A stretch of DNA of 64,000 nt from Mobula hypostoma (GCF_963921235.1 NC_086108.1:74836001-74900000), one strand, 5' to 3'. Counted from the first letter of the stretch, positions 48,657 to 61,728 are shown. The notes: generated by a model not told the origin, from the sequence alone. Translations and numbers: made by a program.

Positions 48657-48984
48657 CATATGTTAAAAATGAGTTGAAATTCTAGACGGGTCCCATCTGT
48701 ACTCAAAGGATCTGATAAGATTTAGTGATTGGATTTTAGATTAAATTCACTTGCACAGGACAGGAAAATTTAATACTGCATAAACAACTTTCTAATGAAC
48801 TAGAAAGTGGCAAATTGATGGAAAGCAAAGTATTAAGCTTTATTGTATAGCTTCCCCATTAAAACTGGGGAGGACAAAGAGTAATAAATTACATAGGAAT
48901 TAAAATACATTCTCCTAGGTGCATTAGGACATATAGTAAATGCCCAATAATCCATTATTTGATTATTCAGCGTTTATAATGGTT

Positions 48985-49637
48985 TAGGGAAGAGGGAGGA
49001 GAAGATGGCAGTGAGACGCAGCGCGCGCGGCCGTTCCAAATGAATATCGATATGTATAACTAGGGGGCCGTGTATCAATCCGGATTTGATGGGGACAGCC
49101 GTGAAAGCGCAGAGGAACACCTGGAGTAACTTCTGAAATGCCTGCTTCGCTGTCGCTGCTGCTGTGCAATCGAGAATCTCCAGAGACGAAGGCCCCAAAT
49201 CCTCAGCTTTGCGTATCGCCTGTTGCCGGGGCTGGGGTCGAAACTCTCAGCAGAGATGGTGCTCAGTGCTCAGTATCGAATAGGTGGTCGGAGGCTCGGA
49301 GTTTCTCGGACGGACTCGGAGTCGGACTGTGGTCGGATGCTTCCGGGATGCTGCATCGGTAAGTTGGCGGCGCTGGGGGTTTACCGTCTGCGTGAGATGA
49401 TGGGACTTTGGAGAGACTCTGAGACTTTTATTGTGCCATGGTCTGATCTTATCAAATTATGGTATTACTTTGCACTGTTGTAACTATATGTTATAATTAT
49501 GTGGTTTTTGTTAGTTTTTAACTCGGTTTGTCATGTGTTTTCGTGATACCATTCTGGAAAAACATTTTTATCATTTCTTAATGCATGCATTACTAAATGA
49601 CAATAAAAGGGGACTGCGTGTCCTCATAATCGTAATC
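48985..49637 (+). mobile_element. Non-autonomous retroposon (~650 bp), copy 2
   Basis: GGAGAAGATGGC start; collinear with 26261-26928. 3' GACAATAAAA + GGGGAC-TGCGT-GTCCTC hairpin + TAATCGTAATC. Confidence 0.8.
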
Positions 49638-50269
49638 AATACATTGCTCACCAGGTGCTGAGCCCCATGCTTCCTTTAAACTTACCCAGGCCCTGTTTCC
49701 TGCTCCCTTTTATATTTGCTGAGTTTGCTGGAAAATTTATTATTCTATTGTGCATCATCTGAAGCAAAGGTAAATTAAAAGTTTTGGAATATTGAATGGA
49801 ACAACATCTAATAGCCCAGAAATTCTGCCAGTCCAGCATCACTAAAACTGTAATTGTCCTCGAAATAACACAAATTTTATTTATTGGATCTTTTTATGGA
49901 GTATATCCCTGTTATGTTTGGAGATTTGTTTAGATTGTGTGCCTGCCGGAACAGACAAAACATGAAGTTTAGCACAAAGAAAAACTGTATGGAGGAATAT
50001 TTTAAGACAAAGGCAAAGATAAAATACTGAGACAAAACGAGATGAGTGCTTGAGTCTCAAAAGAGAAGGTGGTAACAGATATGTAATTGCGATGCCAGTT
50101 GCAGTTGACTTTATAATTTCAGCAGCAATTAGCCAGCAAATCAATAAAAGTCTCCTGCTTTGGCAGCTTACAACAGTGCAGTGTATTGCTATAAATTGCC
50201 AACCTATCAATGCTCACCAGCAAATACCGGGATAAGATCAATAAATATCACTCAGTCATATTTCTCCAT

Positions 50270-50770
50270 CTAGGACACAGAAACAGGCCCTTTGGCCCAC
50301 AACATCCATACTGACTATCAAGTACCTATCTATATTAATCCCCTTTTCCATAATTTGCCTCTTAGATTTCTAAACCATGACATTTCAAGTGGTTATTTAA
50401 ATATGTATTTCTTCAATGTTGTGAGCGTGCCTACCCCCACTACCCTCTCAAAGTCAAAAGCCAAAGTTGAAGTCAAATTTATTAACAAAGTATGTATGTT
50501 TTAGCATATACTACCATAAGATTGTACCTCAGGAGTGCATTCCATATTTCAAATTACTTCAGTGTGGGGAAGAATATCTTATAGGTAATACAAAAAATAA
50601 CCTACTTACCTTAAACCAATGCCATTGGATTTTAGACACATTTGTTAAAGGCAAATATTTCTCACTATTTACCCTATCTACCACCCTCATAACTTTGTAC
50701 ACCTCGAGGAGATAACCCTCAGTCTTCTGTGCTCTGAGGAAAATAAACCAAGCTTATCCAATCTCTCTTC
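50270..50770 (-). mobile_element. Decayed CR1 3' fragment
   Basis: CACAGAAACAGGCCCTTTGGCCCAC (3' end) and CCCTCATAACTTTGTACACCTC...GGAAAATAAACCAAGCTTATCCAATCTCTC. Confidence 0.6.
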
Positions 50771-52609
50771 CAATCCATGCCCCTTTATTGTCAGGTTGTT
50801 TACATGATATAAAATAGTGGATGTCCAGAGATTTCCAACTAACTATCGGGAAGGTTTAATATCTCTGGTCCCTCTCACAATGCCCTTTCCATAGCCATCT
50901 ACACTAACATTTCCTCAAAGCTGTCAGAAGTTGAACCACACATTTCATAATCTTGATGTGATTTGTCATTGAAATAGACATTGAACCAGCTATGGCTTTT
51001 TTTATTTATAAACAGACTATTTCCATTACAATTCTGGTAACTTCTTATATTCTGCTACTTGAATTTTAATTTACAGGAAACCCTGCTAAATATGTGCCAC
51101 TTTGCATATTAAACTATAATTTTTAAAGCTACATATTGATTTAAAATTTCTTGCCCTTGTTTGTAAGCCCTTCCATTGTCTTTACCCTTGTTATATCTAA
51201 CTTCACCATGCTGTGATTTCAACTCTTGTCTTACTCTGACTGCTGGATTGTCCTGTACAAATATCAAAGCCATCGAGCCACTGAATTTTTGAGGTGCCCT
51301 GACTTTTCCTCAAACCTGTTTGGTACTGAGGGCTTGGTTCCACCCCTCTGCTCAATGCACTACTAATTCCTCCATCTGGGTGTTAGATCTCTATCAGGAC
51401 CCTAACGTATGGCAGCCATCTACTCAAACCCAACCTCAGGCACTGCTTGGGCCACAATGCACTTAGCTGTGGGTCCTCTCCTATCTGAATACTCAAGTTC
51501 TGACCTTGATATTTGATGCTTAGTGTACTTTGTAGTATCTGTAAGGAAGCATGCAATAATGATTCAGTAACTTCCAAGATCTGGGGCCATGGACATTACT
51601 GAAGTTTGCAATAGCAGATTGATGACTGGATGGCCATGGTGCATCATGCAAGAACCCTAAATCATGACAGTTAGGGTGTACACTGCTATATTGGCCATAA
51701 GACTTAAATTGCTCAATAAATACATGCAAACTTGTCATCTTTTTGTTCCAGCATCAATATTTATTGATGGTGATTGAAACAAACTGGGCCAATGCTAATT
51801 AAAAATATAAATAATACTGCAATGTAAACATACAAATTACATATTTACGATGTGAAGGGTCAGAGATAAACTTCATACTAAATAGTATCTTAATTATTCA
51901 GTTAAGTACTGGAAAATACGTAAGTGGATAGGTTAAAGAAATTTTGGCTTTACTAATTAAAATAAGAGATTATGCAATTTACAATTTATTTTTCATGGTT
52001 TAACAGCTATATGACATACCATACATACATGCATTGTACACCCAAGCTAATGAAATATTGGAATAGAATAAGGCAGCAATGGATAAGTGAACTGTGGATG
52101 CATAAAAGCAGAAACAATATTTGAAGTGATTCCAACTACTAGCAGACAAGTTTGTTGTAAGTGCCAAAAAGTGACAGCTAATTAGAGAGTGGGCATTAAA
52201 TGAAGTCTGAGAAGACAAATCTTCATACTCAGCAAAATAAAGAAGCTCAAGTGTCATCGCTAGATTGAGATATAATCATGTATGTAAGTGCTGATTCTAC
52301 ATTTTAATTGTTTCCTTAAGGGGTTAGAGGAAAAAGAATGCTCATTTGTTTCAAAATATTTCTCCTAAACGGTTTCTGCTTCTTCTGGTTTCCTCAATGA
52401 AATGTTCCCTGCAAATTCTTTTACTGCTTAGGTGCTTTCCTCGTGCAAAAATTTCTTCCTAAACGTTGCTGCCAGTATCCTATCTGATACCAAATATTGT
52501 TTACTCACAACTCTTATTTTCACCAGTTGGTTCCTGTTCCCTCCATTTAAAACCTAAAATTCTTGTTCTTTCTTTGTAGTCACTCAGCAGACCTAGTCCT
52601 TTTGTGTGG

Positions 52610-53765
52610 CCTTTGACAGGGTGTCACACATGAGGCTGCTAAACAAGGTGATAGCCAGTGGTATTGCAGGAAAGGTACTAGCATGGATGGCTGTCTGGAA
52701 GAAGGCAAAGAACGGGAATAAAGGGAGCCTTTTCTGAGTGGCTGCTGATAACTAGTGGTGTTCTGCAGAGGTCGGTGTTGGGTCCAATGCTTTTAACATT
52801 AAATGTTAATGATCTGGTTGACAGACTTAATGGGCTTGTGGTCAAATTTGTGGATGATACAAAGACAGGTGTAGGGGCACATAGTGTTGAGGAAGCAAAG
52901 AATCTGCATAAGGATTTAGACAGATTAGGAGAATAGGTAAGTAAGTGGCAGATGCAATGCAATTCAGGGAAGTATATGGTCATGAACTTTGGTCAGAGGA
53001 ATAAAAGTGTAGACTATTTTCTAAATGGGGAGCAAGTTCAGAAATTGGAGGTGCAAAGGGACTTGGGATTCCTAAAGGTTAACTTGCAGGTTGAATTGGT
53101 GGTAAGGAAGACAAACCAATGTTCGCATTTATTTCATGAGGATGAGAATATAAAAATAAGGACTTAATGCTGAGCCTTTATAAGGCATTGGTTAGACCAT
53201 ACTTTAGAGTATTGTGAACCGTATCTAAGAAAGTATGTATTGGCATTAGAGATGGTCCAGAAGAGATTTATGAGAATGATGCTGAGAATCAAAGGGTTAA
53301 CATGTGAGGAGCATTTGCTAGCTGTGGGCCTGTACGAACTGGAATTTAGGAGAATGAGGTGGGATCCCATTGAAACCTACTGAGTATTGAAAGACCTAGA
53401 GTGGCCATGGAGAGGATGTTACCACTAGTGGGAGATTCTAGGAGCAGAGTGTACAGTGTGTACATAGAGTGTATATGGAAGAATGTCCTTTTAAAACAGA
53501 GTTGAGGAAGAATTTCTTTAGCCAGAGGGGGGTGAATCTGTGGAATTCATTGCACAGAGACATCTGTGGAGGCCTAGTAATTCTGTACATTCAAAGTAGA
53601 GGATGATAAGTTCTTGATTAACAAAGGTGACAAAGGTTACAGGGAGAAGGCAGAGGAATCAATTTTGCCAGGGAAAATGAATCACCTATGATTGAATGGT
53701 AGAGCAGACTCAATTTTCTGAATGGCCTAATTCTGCTCCTATATTTAATGATCTTCTGGTCTTAT
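52610..53765 (+). mobile_element. CR1 LINE RT + 3' UTR, 5'-truncated, frameshifted
   Basis: AFDRVSHMRLLNK...TSGVLQRSVLGPMLLTLNVNDL...VKFVDDTKTG...WQMQCNSGK. 3' tail at ~53725-53765. Confidence 0.92.
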
Positions 53766-54871
53766 AATATCTTTAATATCTCAGTCCTCTTGTGAATCCC
53801 ATTCCCTTCTTGCCACTTAAATTGGCCTATGTATTCAGCTGTCCACTTCATATTCTACTGATTTCACATCCTACCTTTCCTCAGCTTCTTCAACTCTCTC
53901 CATGTCAAGTCACTCCTCTGCTGTGACTGAGCAAGTTGTACTTCCATTTGAACTTTTTTAGTTTGGGCACTTTCCCCTCATGACATGAGTATACTGTATA
54001 ATTTAGACAGATGGGCTCAGCAAAGCTCTGAGGATATATCCAATTCTTAGAGATACTAGAGAAAAGTAGTTCCTGCATTCCTTGCTGTCATAAAAATTTC
54101 CGATCAGCAACAAAAATAGGACTATGCTGAAGCAAGGACTAACACGCAATCACAGAAAATTAGATATGCCTTGTTCGACAAATCATATTAATTTTGATGT
54201 AACGAAACATTCAAGTCCAGCAATATTTGGTAAATACATATATTTTGGTAATTCCAGCGAAGAATTCACTATGGACTCATGTTGTCCCAATGAAATACGT
54301 AAGATGTATAGTATTTTCAAGTTACTTTGGGAATTACCATTTAAGAGGGGATCTATATCTTGTAAAAGTATATTTCAGGAAATATTACTTTGTGTTAAAC
54401 TACTTACTACTTTTGTGCAAGTTTTTGTACTTTTGTTCGCTATCTTTCTCATCTGGTTTTTGAATGCTGCAATTATCTTTACAAAACTCACTTTTTTTTA
54501 TTCTGAAGGCATTAAAGACAGGATATACAATCAATCATACTTCATCAGAATTAAATGGTCTGTAACCACAAACTCAGAGTTATTGGCAAAGGTATAATTA
54601 TTTTGCGAAGCCGTAGGGAAATTGTGCTTTGTTGCAGTAAGTTCTCTGTAAACGACTTGTACTATTGTTTTGAATCTGACGTCCAAACGACTTCCACAGC
54701 AGGGCTGGGACTGCCATTGTATATCAATGACAACAGTCCTTTTATGCACTTGGTTAATTTGAAGCCGCCAGAGGATCATGAATGATAGTCTGCAGGCTAA
54801 AGGTGTGCTCATGTATTGGTTAAGCTTACAAGCAGCTTCATTGCATTTCCTGCGTGCAATTGAGAATTGAA

Positions 54872-56190
54872 TATAAGACCACAAGATATAGGAGCAGAAT
54901 TAGGCTATTTGGCCCATCGAGTCTGCTCCACCATTTTGTCATGGCTGCTCCAATTTTCCTCTTAGCCCCTATCTCCTGCGTTCACCCTGTATCCCTTGAT
55001 ACCCTGACCTATCAAGAACCTATCAACCTCTGCCTTAAATATACATACAGACTTGGCATCCACAGCTGCCTGTGGCAAAGAATTCCACAGAATCACCACT
55101 CTCTGGCTAAAGAAACTCCTCCTCATCTCTGTTCTAAAAGGATGCTCCCTATTCTGAGGCTGTGTCCTCTCGTCTTAAACTCTTACACCACAGGAAACAT
55201 CCTCCTCACGTTCACTCTATCAAGGCCTTTCACAATTCAATAGCTTTCAATGAGGTCACCTCTCATTCTTCTGAATCCCAATGAATACAGGCCCAGAGCC
55301 ATCAAACACTCTTCATATGACAAGCAATTCAATCCTGGAATCATTTTCGTGAATTTCCTTTGAATCCTCTCCAGTTTCATCATATCTTTTCTAAGATAAG
55401 GGGTCCAAAACTACTCACAATACTCCAAGTGAGGTTTCACCAGTGCCTTATAAATTCTCAACATTACATCCTTATTCTTATATTCCAGTCCTCTTGAAAT
55501 GAAACCTAACATCACATTTGCCTTCCTCACCACAGACTCAACTTGCAAATTAACCTTTAGGGAATTCTGTACAAGGACTCCCAAGTCCTTTGCAGCTCAG
55601 TTTCTTGTATTTTCTCTCTATTTAGAAATCAACCAACCCTTTCATTTCTGCTACCAAAGTGTATGACCATACTCTTCCCAACACTGAATTCCACCTGCCA
55701 CTGGCCATTCTCCTAATCTGTCTAAGTCCTTCTCTAGCCTTATTTCTTCAAAACTACCTGCCCATCCACCTATCTTCATATTGTCTGCAAACTTTACAAA
55801 AAAACCCATCAATTCCATCATCCAAATCATTGACATATAATGTAAAAAGAATCGGTCCCAACATAGACCCCTGTGGAATACTACTAGTCACCGGCAACCA
55901 GCCAGTAAAGGTTCCTTTTATTCCCATTCTTTGCCTCCTGGCAATCAATCACTGCTTTATCCATGCTAGAATAATACCATGGGCTCATAGCTTGTTAAGC
56001 AGCCTCATGTGCGGCACCTTGGCAAAGGCTTTCTGAAAATCCAAGTACAAAACATCAACTGATTCTCCTTTGTCTATCCTGCTTGTTTCTTCTTCAAAAG
56101 ATTCCAACTGATTTGTCAGGCAAGATTTTCCCTTGAGGAAACCATGCTGACTTTGGCCTATTTTATCACGTGTCTCCAAGTACCTTGAGA
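54872..56190 (-). mobile_element. CR1 LINE RT + 3' UTR, 5'-truncated, frameshifted
   Basis: QSQHGFLKGKSCLTNQLESFEE...VDVLYLDFQKAFAKVPH; SSIPQGSMLGPILFTLYVNDL; KFADNMKIGG. Tail at ~54872. Confidence 0.93.
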
Positions 56191-57089
56191 CCTCATCTAG
56201 AAGTTGTGTAATGGTTCTGCAATGCTCCAGGTCCTTAATGCTAATTATTTAAAAAGCTATTGTGCAAATTCACACACTCTTCATCAGCTGATTTTGTTTT
56301 TACTCTCTCCGTTTTGATGCAATGGATGGCCCTTGATCTAGATTTAGGGTGATTAGTGAAGGGTTGTGCTTTGGCACGAAGTAACTTTCATGGAGCCACC
56401 AATACACTTAATCTGGAAATCAGCACTTGAAAGTGGAAACAATTTCAATTGTCAGGTTCAAAGCTGAATGGACAGTCTCTTAAGGGAGAAAAGGATTTTA
56501 AGGCCTTGATAAATGAGCAGAGAGTAGGACTGATTGGCAATCCAGTATGCCTATGATGGGCTAAAAGGCCATCTCTCATGTTGTAATTATGCTATGTTTA
56601 AATGATTCAATCACGTCAGGAGTATTGAACCTGAGGAAAATGGTCTTCATAATGATGCCAGTGAGTACTTTGAAAGGGCAAGTAATTGTTTGATTAGATG
56701 TTGGAAATTCATTCATGGACCTGGTACATGAATGCAAGAACAAAAGAAAATAGGAGGCCAGCTGCCCCCTCAAGCATGTCCTGTCTTTCAATATAATCAT
56801 TGCTGTTCCAACACAGGCCTCAACTCCTCCTCTGTGTCAAATCCTCATAGCTCTCAATCCCACAACTTATCAAAAATTTATATACCCCCACTTTAAGTAT
56901 CCTTAATGAACTGGTCTTCACAATTACCTGGTGTCAAGCATTCCAAAATTTCACCATCCTCCCTGAGAAGAGATTTTTGCACACCTCATTGTTAAATGGC
57001 TGTCCCTCCATCATGAAACCACGTCCCTCGTTTGAGACAATCCTGTACATATAAGCACTTCCACATCCTACACGTCAGGCCCCTTTAGA

Positions 57090-57290
57090 CTCTACTTTGT
57101 TCGGAGTTTGAGGAGATTCAGTGTATCACCAAAGCCTCTTACAGATTTCTATAGATGTATGATGAAGAGCATTCTGACTGGTTGCATCACAGCCTGATCT
57201 GGAACGATCATAGAAGGCTGCAGACTCAGCCAATTCCATCAAGTACAACCCTACCCCACTATCCAGGACATCTTCAAGAAGCAGTGCCCG
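57090..57290 (+). mobile_element. Rex1-like LINE fragment, continuing as a 3' tail at ~57639-57685
   Basis: LYFVRSLRRFSVSPKPLTDFYRCMMKSILTGCITA...PTIQDIFKKQC. Tail TATGTCAGTGATCATAAACCTGA follows the MITE. Confidence 0.75.
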
Positions 57291-57320
57291 AGTTAATAAC
57301 TCATCAGTTAATAACTAATC

Positions 57321-57638
57321 GGGGTAATTGATAAGTTTGTGGCCTAAGGTAGAAGGAGATGAGTTATTAACTTCAAACTTTCTGCATAATCACTCAAAGA
57401 GTTGAACTGCATGTGCATGTAACGAGAGCTGTATAACTCATCTCCTTCCACCTCAGGCCATGAACTTATCAATCACCCCTGCTGTGGGCACTTTCTGGAG
57501 GTTCAAGATCCGTATGCTTCACGACCTCTGGACTAAGTGTGTAAATGTAGGAGGGGACTATGTGGAAAAATAAATGTGCTAGGTTTTCTAAACTTGACTC
57601 CGTCTACTTTAGGTCACGAACTTATCAATCACCCCTCA
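57321..57638. mobile_element. Tc1/mariner-type MITE with three TIR copies
   Basis: Left TIR GGGGTAATTGATAAGTTTGTGGCCTAAGGTAGAAGGAG. Inverted copies at ~57434-57480 and ~57597-57638 (...CTTATCAATCACCCCTCA), followed by TA at 57639-57640. Confidence 0.8.
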
Positions 57639-59279
57639 TATGTCAGTGATCATAAACCTGATCTGGTTCTGATTATGATTCTGAAACTTCTTGCTAACTC
57701 TTTGGGTTACCACCATCAGGGAGGAGGTACAGGAGCCTGAAGACCCACACTCAAACATTTTATGATAAACACAAGAGTTTCTGTAGATACTGTAATCTTA
57801 AGCAATAAACACAAAATGCTGGAGGAATTCAGCAAGTCAGACAGCATCGATGGAGGGGAATAAGCTGGGACATTTTGGGCTGAGACCCTCTATCAGAGTT
57901 GGAAAAGAAGGGAGCAAAGGCCAGAATAAAAGGTGGGGGAAGGGGACAGAGTACAAGCTGGTAGGTTATTTATAGTAATGTTTATGATTTGCCCTGTACT
58001 GCTGGTGCCAAACAACAAATTTCACGACGTATATCAATGATAATAAGTACGATTTTGATTCTGATTCTCAACCTGCTTTGCAAGGCCTGAAATTAGAGTC
58101 AGTGTTTGATAGGAGAGAGCAATATAGGAGAGAGTTGGGGGAAAGGTATGATGATTTATGAGTGAGCAGGGACAAGGGAAGTAACATTTGAGCACAGAAT
58201 GCTGTTTGAAATTAAAACATTTGCAAAATAGAATGGCAACTTCTATGTCTTATAATGGTCTGATGAGGCAAATAGGTCAGGCACAATTCCTGCAATAATG
58301 TAATTTCCAACAAAGAGCCACCAAACTGGCTGTTGGGATTTCTTCCCGCCGCATTCTTTTTCTATCTTTGTCTTTTTATGTACACACCAAAATTATCAGA
58401 GGTATTGACATCAGTGTCATGAAAGCAATGTTACAAATGCAGCCACTTCATTTCACACTGTTTAAACCATTGAGTTCCTCAGAGAAGTTTGTTTTTGTAC
58501 TGCCTGTATATGAGACCTGCATATATGAATTCCTGGTGATTGTGAAACCAAGTGTGATGGAGATAAGCAGAACTGACAACTATAGTAAGCAGAGATATAG
58601 TTCTCTCTTTTTCTTGCCATAGGTCCTTTAATTGGATGAAATTGAACACGGCTGCTAATCTACCTCCATTGATTTGATATGTGGTGAATTGTATTTTTGG
58701 CAGCAAATAATCCAAGTGAGAACATTTCCAGTTGAAAACTTTGTTACCCAGCTGTAATTGAAGCAAGGGCTAACACACTTTCCAGAATGGAAGCAAGCTA
58801 TACAAGGCTCAGACCTATGAGAACTTCAGTGATTGAGAGAAATCCAGGGAGTGGTGGGTGTGGTTGGATGACAAGGAATCTGGATCATGTGCAGTGGGAG
58901 TTGAGTCAGGAATTCAGGGGGAAAAAGAGTACCAATGTGGATTGGCGATTTGGATTGCAGGAAGGTTCTAGTTGCAGAGGACAAGGAGGAGCATTGTGGA
59001 AGCAGTGGGAGAGGAGCTGGTTACGGTAGGATTGAGTCTGATCTTTGTTAAACGGAACCAATTATGCTGAAAGTATTGAGGGTTGTGGGTTCGATTGGTG
59101 GTAACTGAAAGATGTAAATAGTGGTTGGAGTGGGGGAGGTGATCCAGTGGTGATCAAGATGAAGAAGATAGTTTGTGGAGATGGGATGCTATGAATGCTG
59201 TGGCTTATTGGCTAGACTGTTCCTTCAGAGCCTCAAGCATGACTGCAAAGACATAGACCTCAATGTTCCTTTCAGCTGT

Positions 59280-59998
59280 CAAGTTTTCAAGATTACAGGT
59301 TCAAAATTCAAGATTTTTTTGTAATTCTTCTGTACAGGAGAACAAAATGATTATTACTCTGGATTTGATGAAGCATAAAAACACAATACATATAAATTTA
59401 AAAAAACAATCTTATAAAATAGCATGTACAAGTAAGTGTTTGAGTGTGGCTATATATACATAAGATTAGCTTATATACATAGGCAGATTGCATGTATACA
59501 AAGTGATGCTAGGTACAGGAGTACCTGTACATAAGGTGACTGACAGGGAGTGTTAAAAGTGCAAAAGTGACTCTTGGCAAGATGAACTCTTCTGGGTGGA
59601 AGCAGGACACATGAAAACACAGTGGCTGTGTCAGTGTAGGTATGAGGTGTGGAGTGTAAGTGTAAAGTGGGAGTGCATGGGGGACGAAGGTTGCTGAGGG
59701 GCTGTGGAGAGGACTGGCTGATGTGGATGTAGTTGTGGTGAGCTGGGTTAATGGGTAGGAGTGTTGATAGTGGTCCTGGTGTGGATGCTGCATAGCCTCT
59801 TCCCTGATGGGAGTGGGACAACCAGTCCATCGGCAGGGTGGGTGGCAATTTTCTGGCACCTTCCTGTATATATCTCCTCGATGACGGCCAGGCAATTTTA
59901 GCCACCCGTTGTACAGCCCTCCTGTCCACCGCAGTGCAGTTCTGTACCACACAGTCATGCAGCATGTTAGAATGCTCTTAACACATCTGTAGAAGGTT
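59280..59998 (-). mobile_element. Rex1-like LINE 3' fragment, decayed
   Basis: TFYRCV.SILTCCMTVWY.NCTAVDRRAVQRVAKIA...LPSGKRLCSIH on the minus strand. (TCTTGAA)-type tail at ~59285-59315. Confidence 0.65.
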
Positions 59999-60034
59999 GT
60001 GAGTGTAGTCCTGCTTTTATTTTTAATTTAATAT

Positions 60035-60322
60035 TAATTAGAGATCCAGCACGGAGTAGGCCCTTCCGGCCCTTTGACCTGCACTGCCAGCAGCCACTGT
60101 TTTAACCCAAGGCTAATCAGGGCACAATTTACATTGACCAATTAACCTACAACTGGTACATCTTTGGACTGTCGGAGGAAACTGGAGCACCCGGAGGAAA
60201 CCCACAAATTCCACAGGGATGATATACAAACTCTTTACAAAGGATGCTAGGATTGAACCCCGAGCTCCATCGGTTCGAGTTGTAATAGCGTTGCACCAGC
60301 CACTACGCTACCATGGTGCCCA
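60035..60322 (-). mobile_element. V-SINE (HE1-like), near full length
   Basis: Minus strand: tRNA-like head GGTAGCGTAGTGG...GGGGTTCAATCC, V-domain GTGGGTTTCCTCCGGGTGCTCCAGTTTCCTCC, LINE-like tail GGCCGGAAGGGCCTACTCCGTGCTG. Confidence 0.82.
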
Positions 60323-60324
60323 CC

Positions 60325-60492
60325 TGCCTAACTCCTTATATTCTTTCTTCAGAGCCTCCTCCCTTTTCCTACCTATTTTGTTGATACCAATATGCACCAC
60401 GACTTCTGGCTGTTCACCCTCTCCCTTTAGAATGCCTTGAACCCAATCCAAGACTTCCTTGACCAGGGCAGGTGGGAGACAATATACCACCC
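60325..60492 (-). mobile_element. CR1 ORF1 (SGNH esterase-like domain) fragment
   Basis: VYCLPPALVKEVLDWVQGILKGEGEQPEVVVHIGINKIGRK matches the CLPGA...VVHIGTND motif of CR1 ORF1. Confidence 0.8.
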
Positions 60493-60891
60493 AGCATCTT
60501 TTAATGCATTTCGCATCCTTGAGCTTTCTTGTCTCTGAAGGATGTGTTCTGGGACCAGAGTTTCCATGAGAGAATTTTCCAGAGGCAGTTGAAGGTTAGA
60601 CACATGGCTAAAATACTTAACTCTTAAAGGAGAGCAGCAAACCTCAGGATAATATTTATATTATCAGCCTGCTGCCCCCATGTTTAATGCTGGTACATGT
60701 TCAACAGTGTCTATTAAAATATTCATTTTGTAAATGGGTGGATCTAAATTGGATTTTAGATTTTAGTCTTTGATTTATCCACTGAATTTGGGAAAATAAG
60801 ATTAAATGCCAGAGAACACAATCTGATTCAGCAGTCAGAACTAAAGTACTGAGTAATTGAAAAGTGAGTATTGATCTGCTGCTCAAAATGC

Positions 60892-61090
60892 GAAATGCTG
60901 GAGGAATTCAGCAGGTCAAGCAGCATCTATAGAAAGGAATAAAGAGTCATCGTTTCAGGCTGAGGTGCTTCATCAGGACTAAGAATGTTGGCTCAAAACA
61001 TTGACTTTTTATTCCTTTCCACAGATGCTGCCTGACCTGCTGAGTTCCTCTAGAATTTTGTGTGTGTTACTCTGGAATTCCAGCACCTGC
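60892..61090. mobile_element. Palindromic Penelope-terminus mini-element
   Basis: ATGCTGGAGGAATTCAGCAGGTCAAGCAGCATCT and AGATGCTGCCTGACCTGCTGAGTTCCTCT form an inverted pair. No clear TSD. Confidence 0.75.
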
Positions 61091-61361
61091 ATTACAACTT
61101 ATGTGATTGTCATTTATTTTTTGGGAGTGGGATTGCATGCCAAGGACACCCTCCTTGAAAGTTGTTATGAAAGCTATTTAAGTGAGGTAACTAACATGTT
61201 CTTTAGATATGAGGAACTACAAAAGAGCGATCAGCAATCTCGTGGTTCAGGAGAAACAAAAGAGGTCTGTGGACCATCCAATTGCTGTTTCTGGCAGAAA
61301 TTGTGCAGCAAAGTCCAGTTATGGCCTTTGCTACTATCAGCTTTTAGCACTTGTAGCAATG

Positions 61362-61728
61362 TTCTTCTTGTCATGTTTAATGGCGGTTAGTAGATCAACA
61401 TCATTACCACCACCTAGTTAGTTGGAGTGTGGAGCTAAGAGACAGGAAGTATACCTACTAAGTTCTTCCATCCCCCCAAAAAAACTTAAATAATATCAAA
61501 ATGCTTTTCAGAAAGTCCAATATGCTCTTATATACATTATGATGGCAATGATATCCCAATAAATGTACCACGTTAAACTGTGTCTGTCCTAAAGATTTCA
61601 CTTTAGCAATTAAATGTTTCCTTTGCACCCTCATTGGACTGCATTCAAGCAATATATGCTGCACCGTTTCTTGACAAGTGCACTGCCTGAAGATGCCAGT
61701 ATTGTGTATATTAATTCGGAACAGAGAA
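61362..61728 (-). mobile_element. I/Nimb-clade LINE 3' end
   Basis: ORF 61458-61754(-) reads SLFRINIHNTG...CTCQETVQHILLEC...ILDFLK (C-terminal zinc knuckle). 3' UTR CTCCACACTCC...TAGGTGGTGGTAATG...CCGCCATTAAA + (AAG)n. TSD GTAGCAATG/GTAGTAATG at 61353-61361 and 61729-61737. Confidence 0.75.

Noticed and set aside
54124..54597. 157-aa ORF with a hydrophobic stretch
   Set aside because: No recognisable domain; the hydrophobic run reflects T-rich DNA, and I see no supporting gene structure. Not excluded without RNA data.
61209..61266. Possible plus-strand exon (CTAAC...TTCTTTAG acceptor, GAG/GTCTGT donor)
   Set aside because: Weak donor, unrecognised peptide in the open frames and no partner exons.
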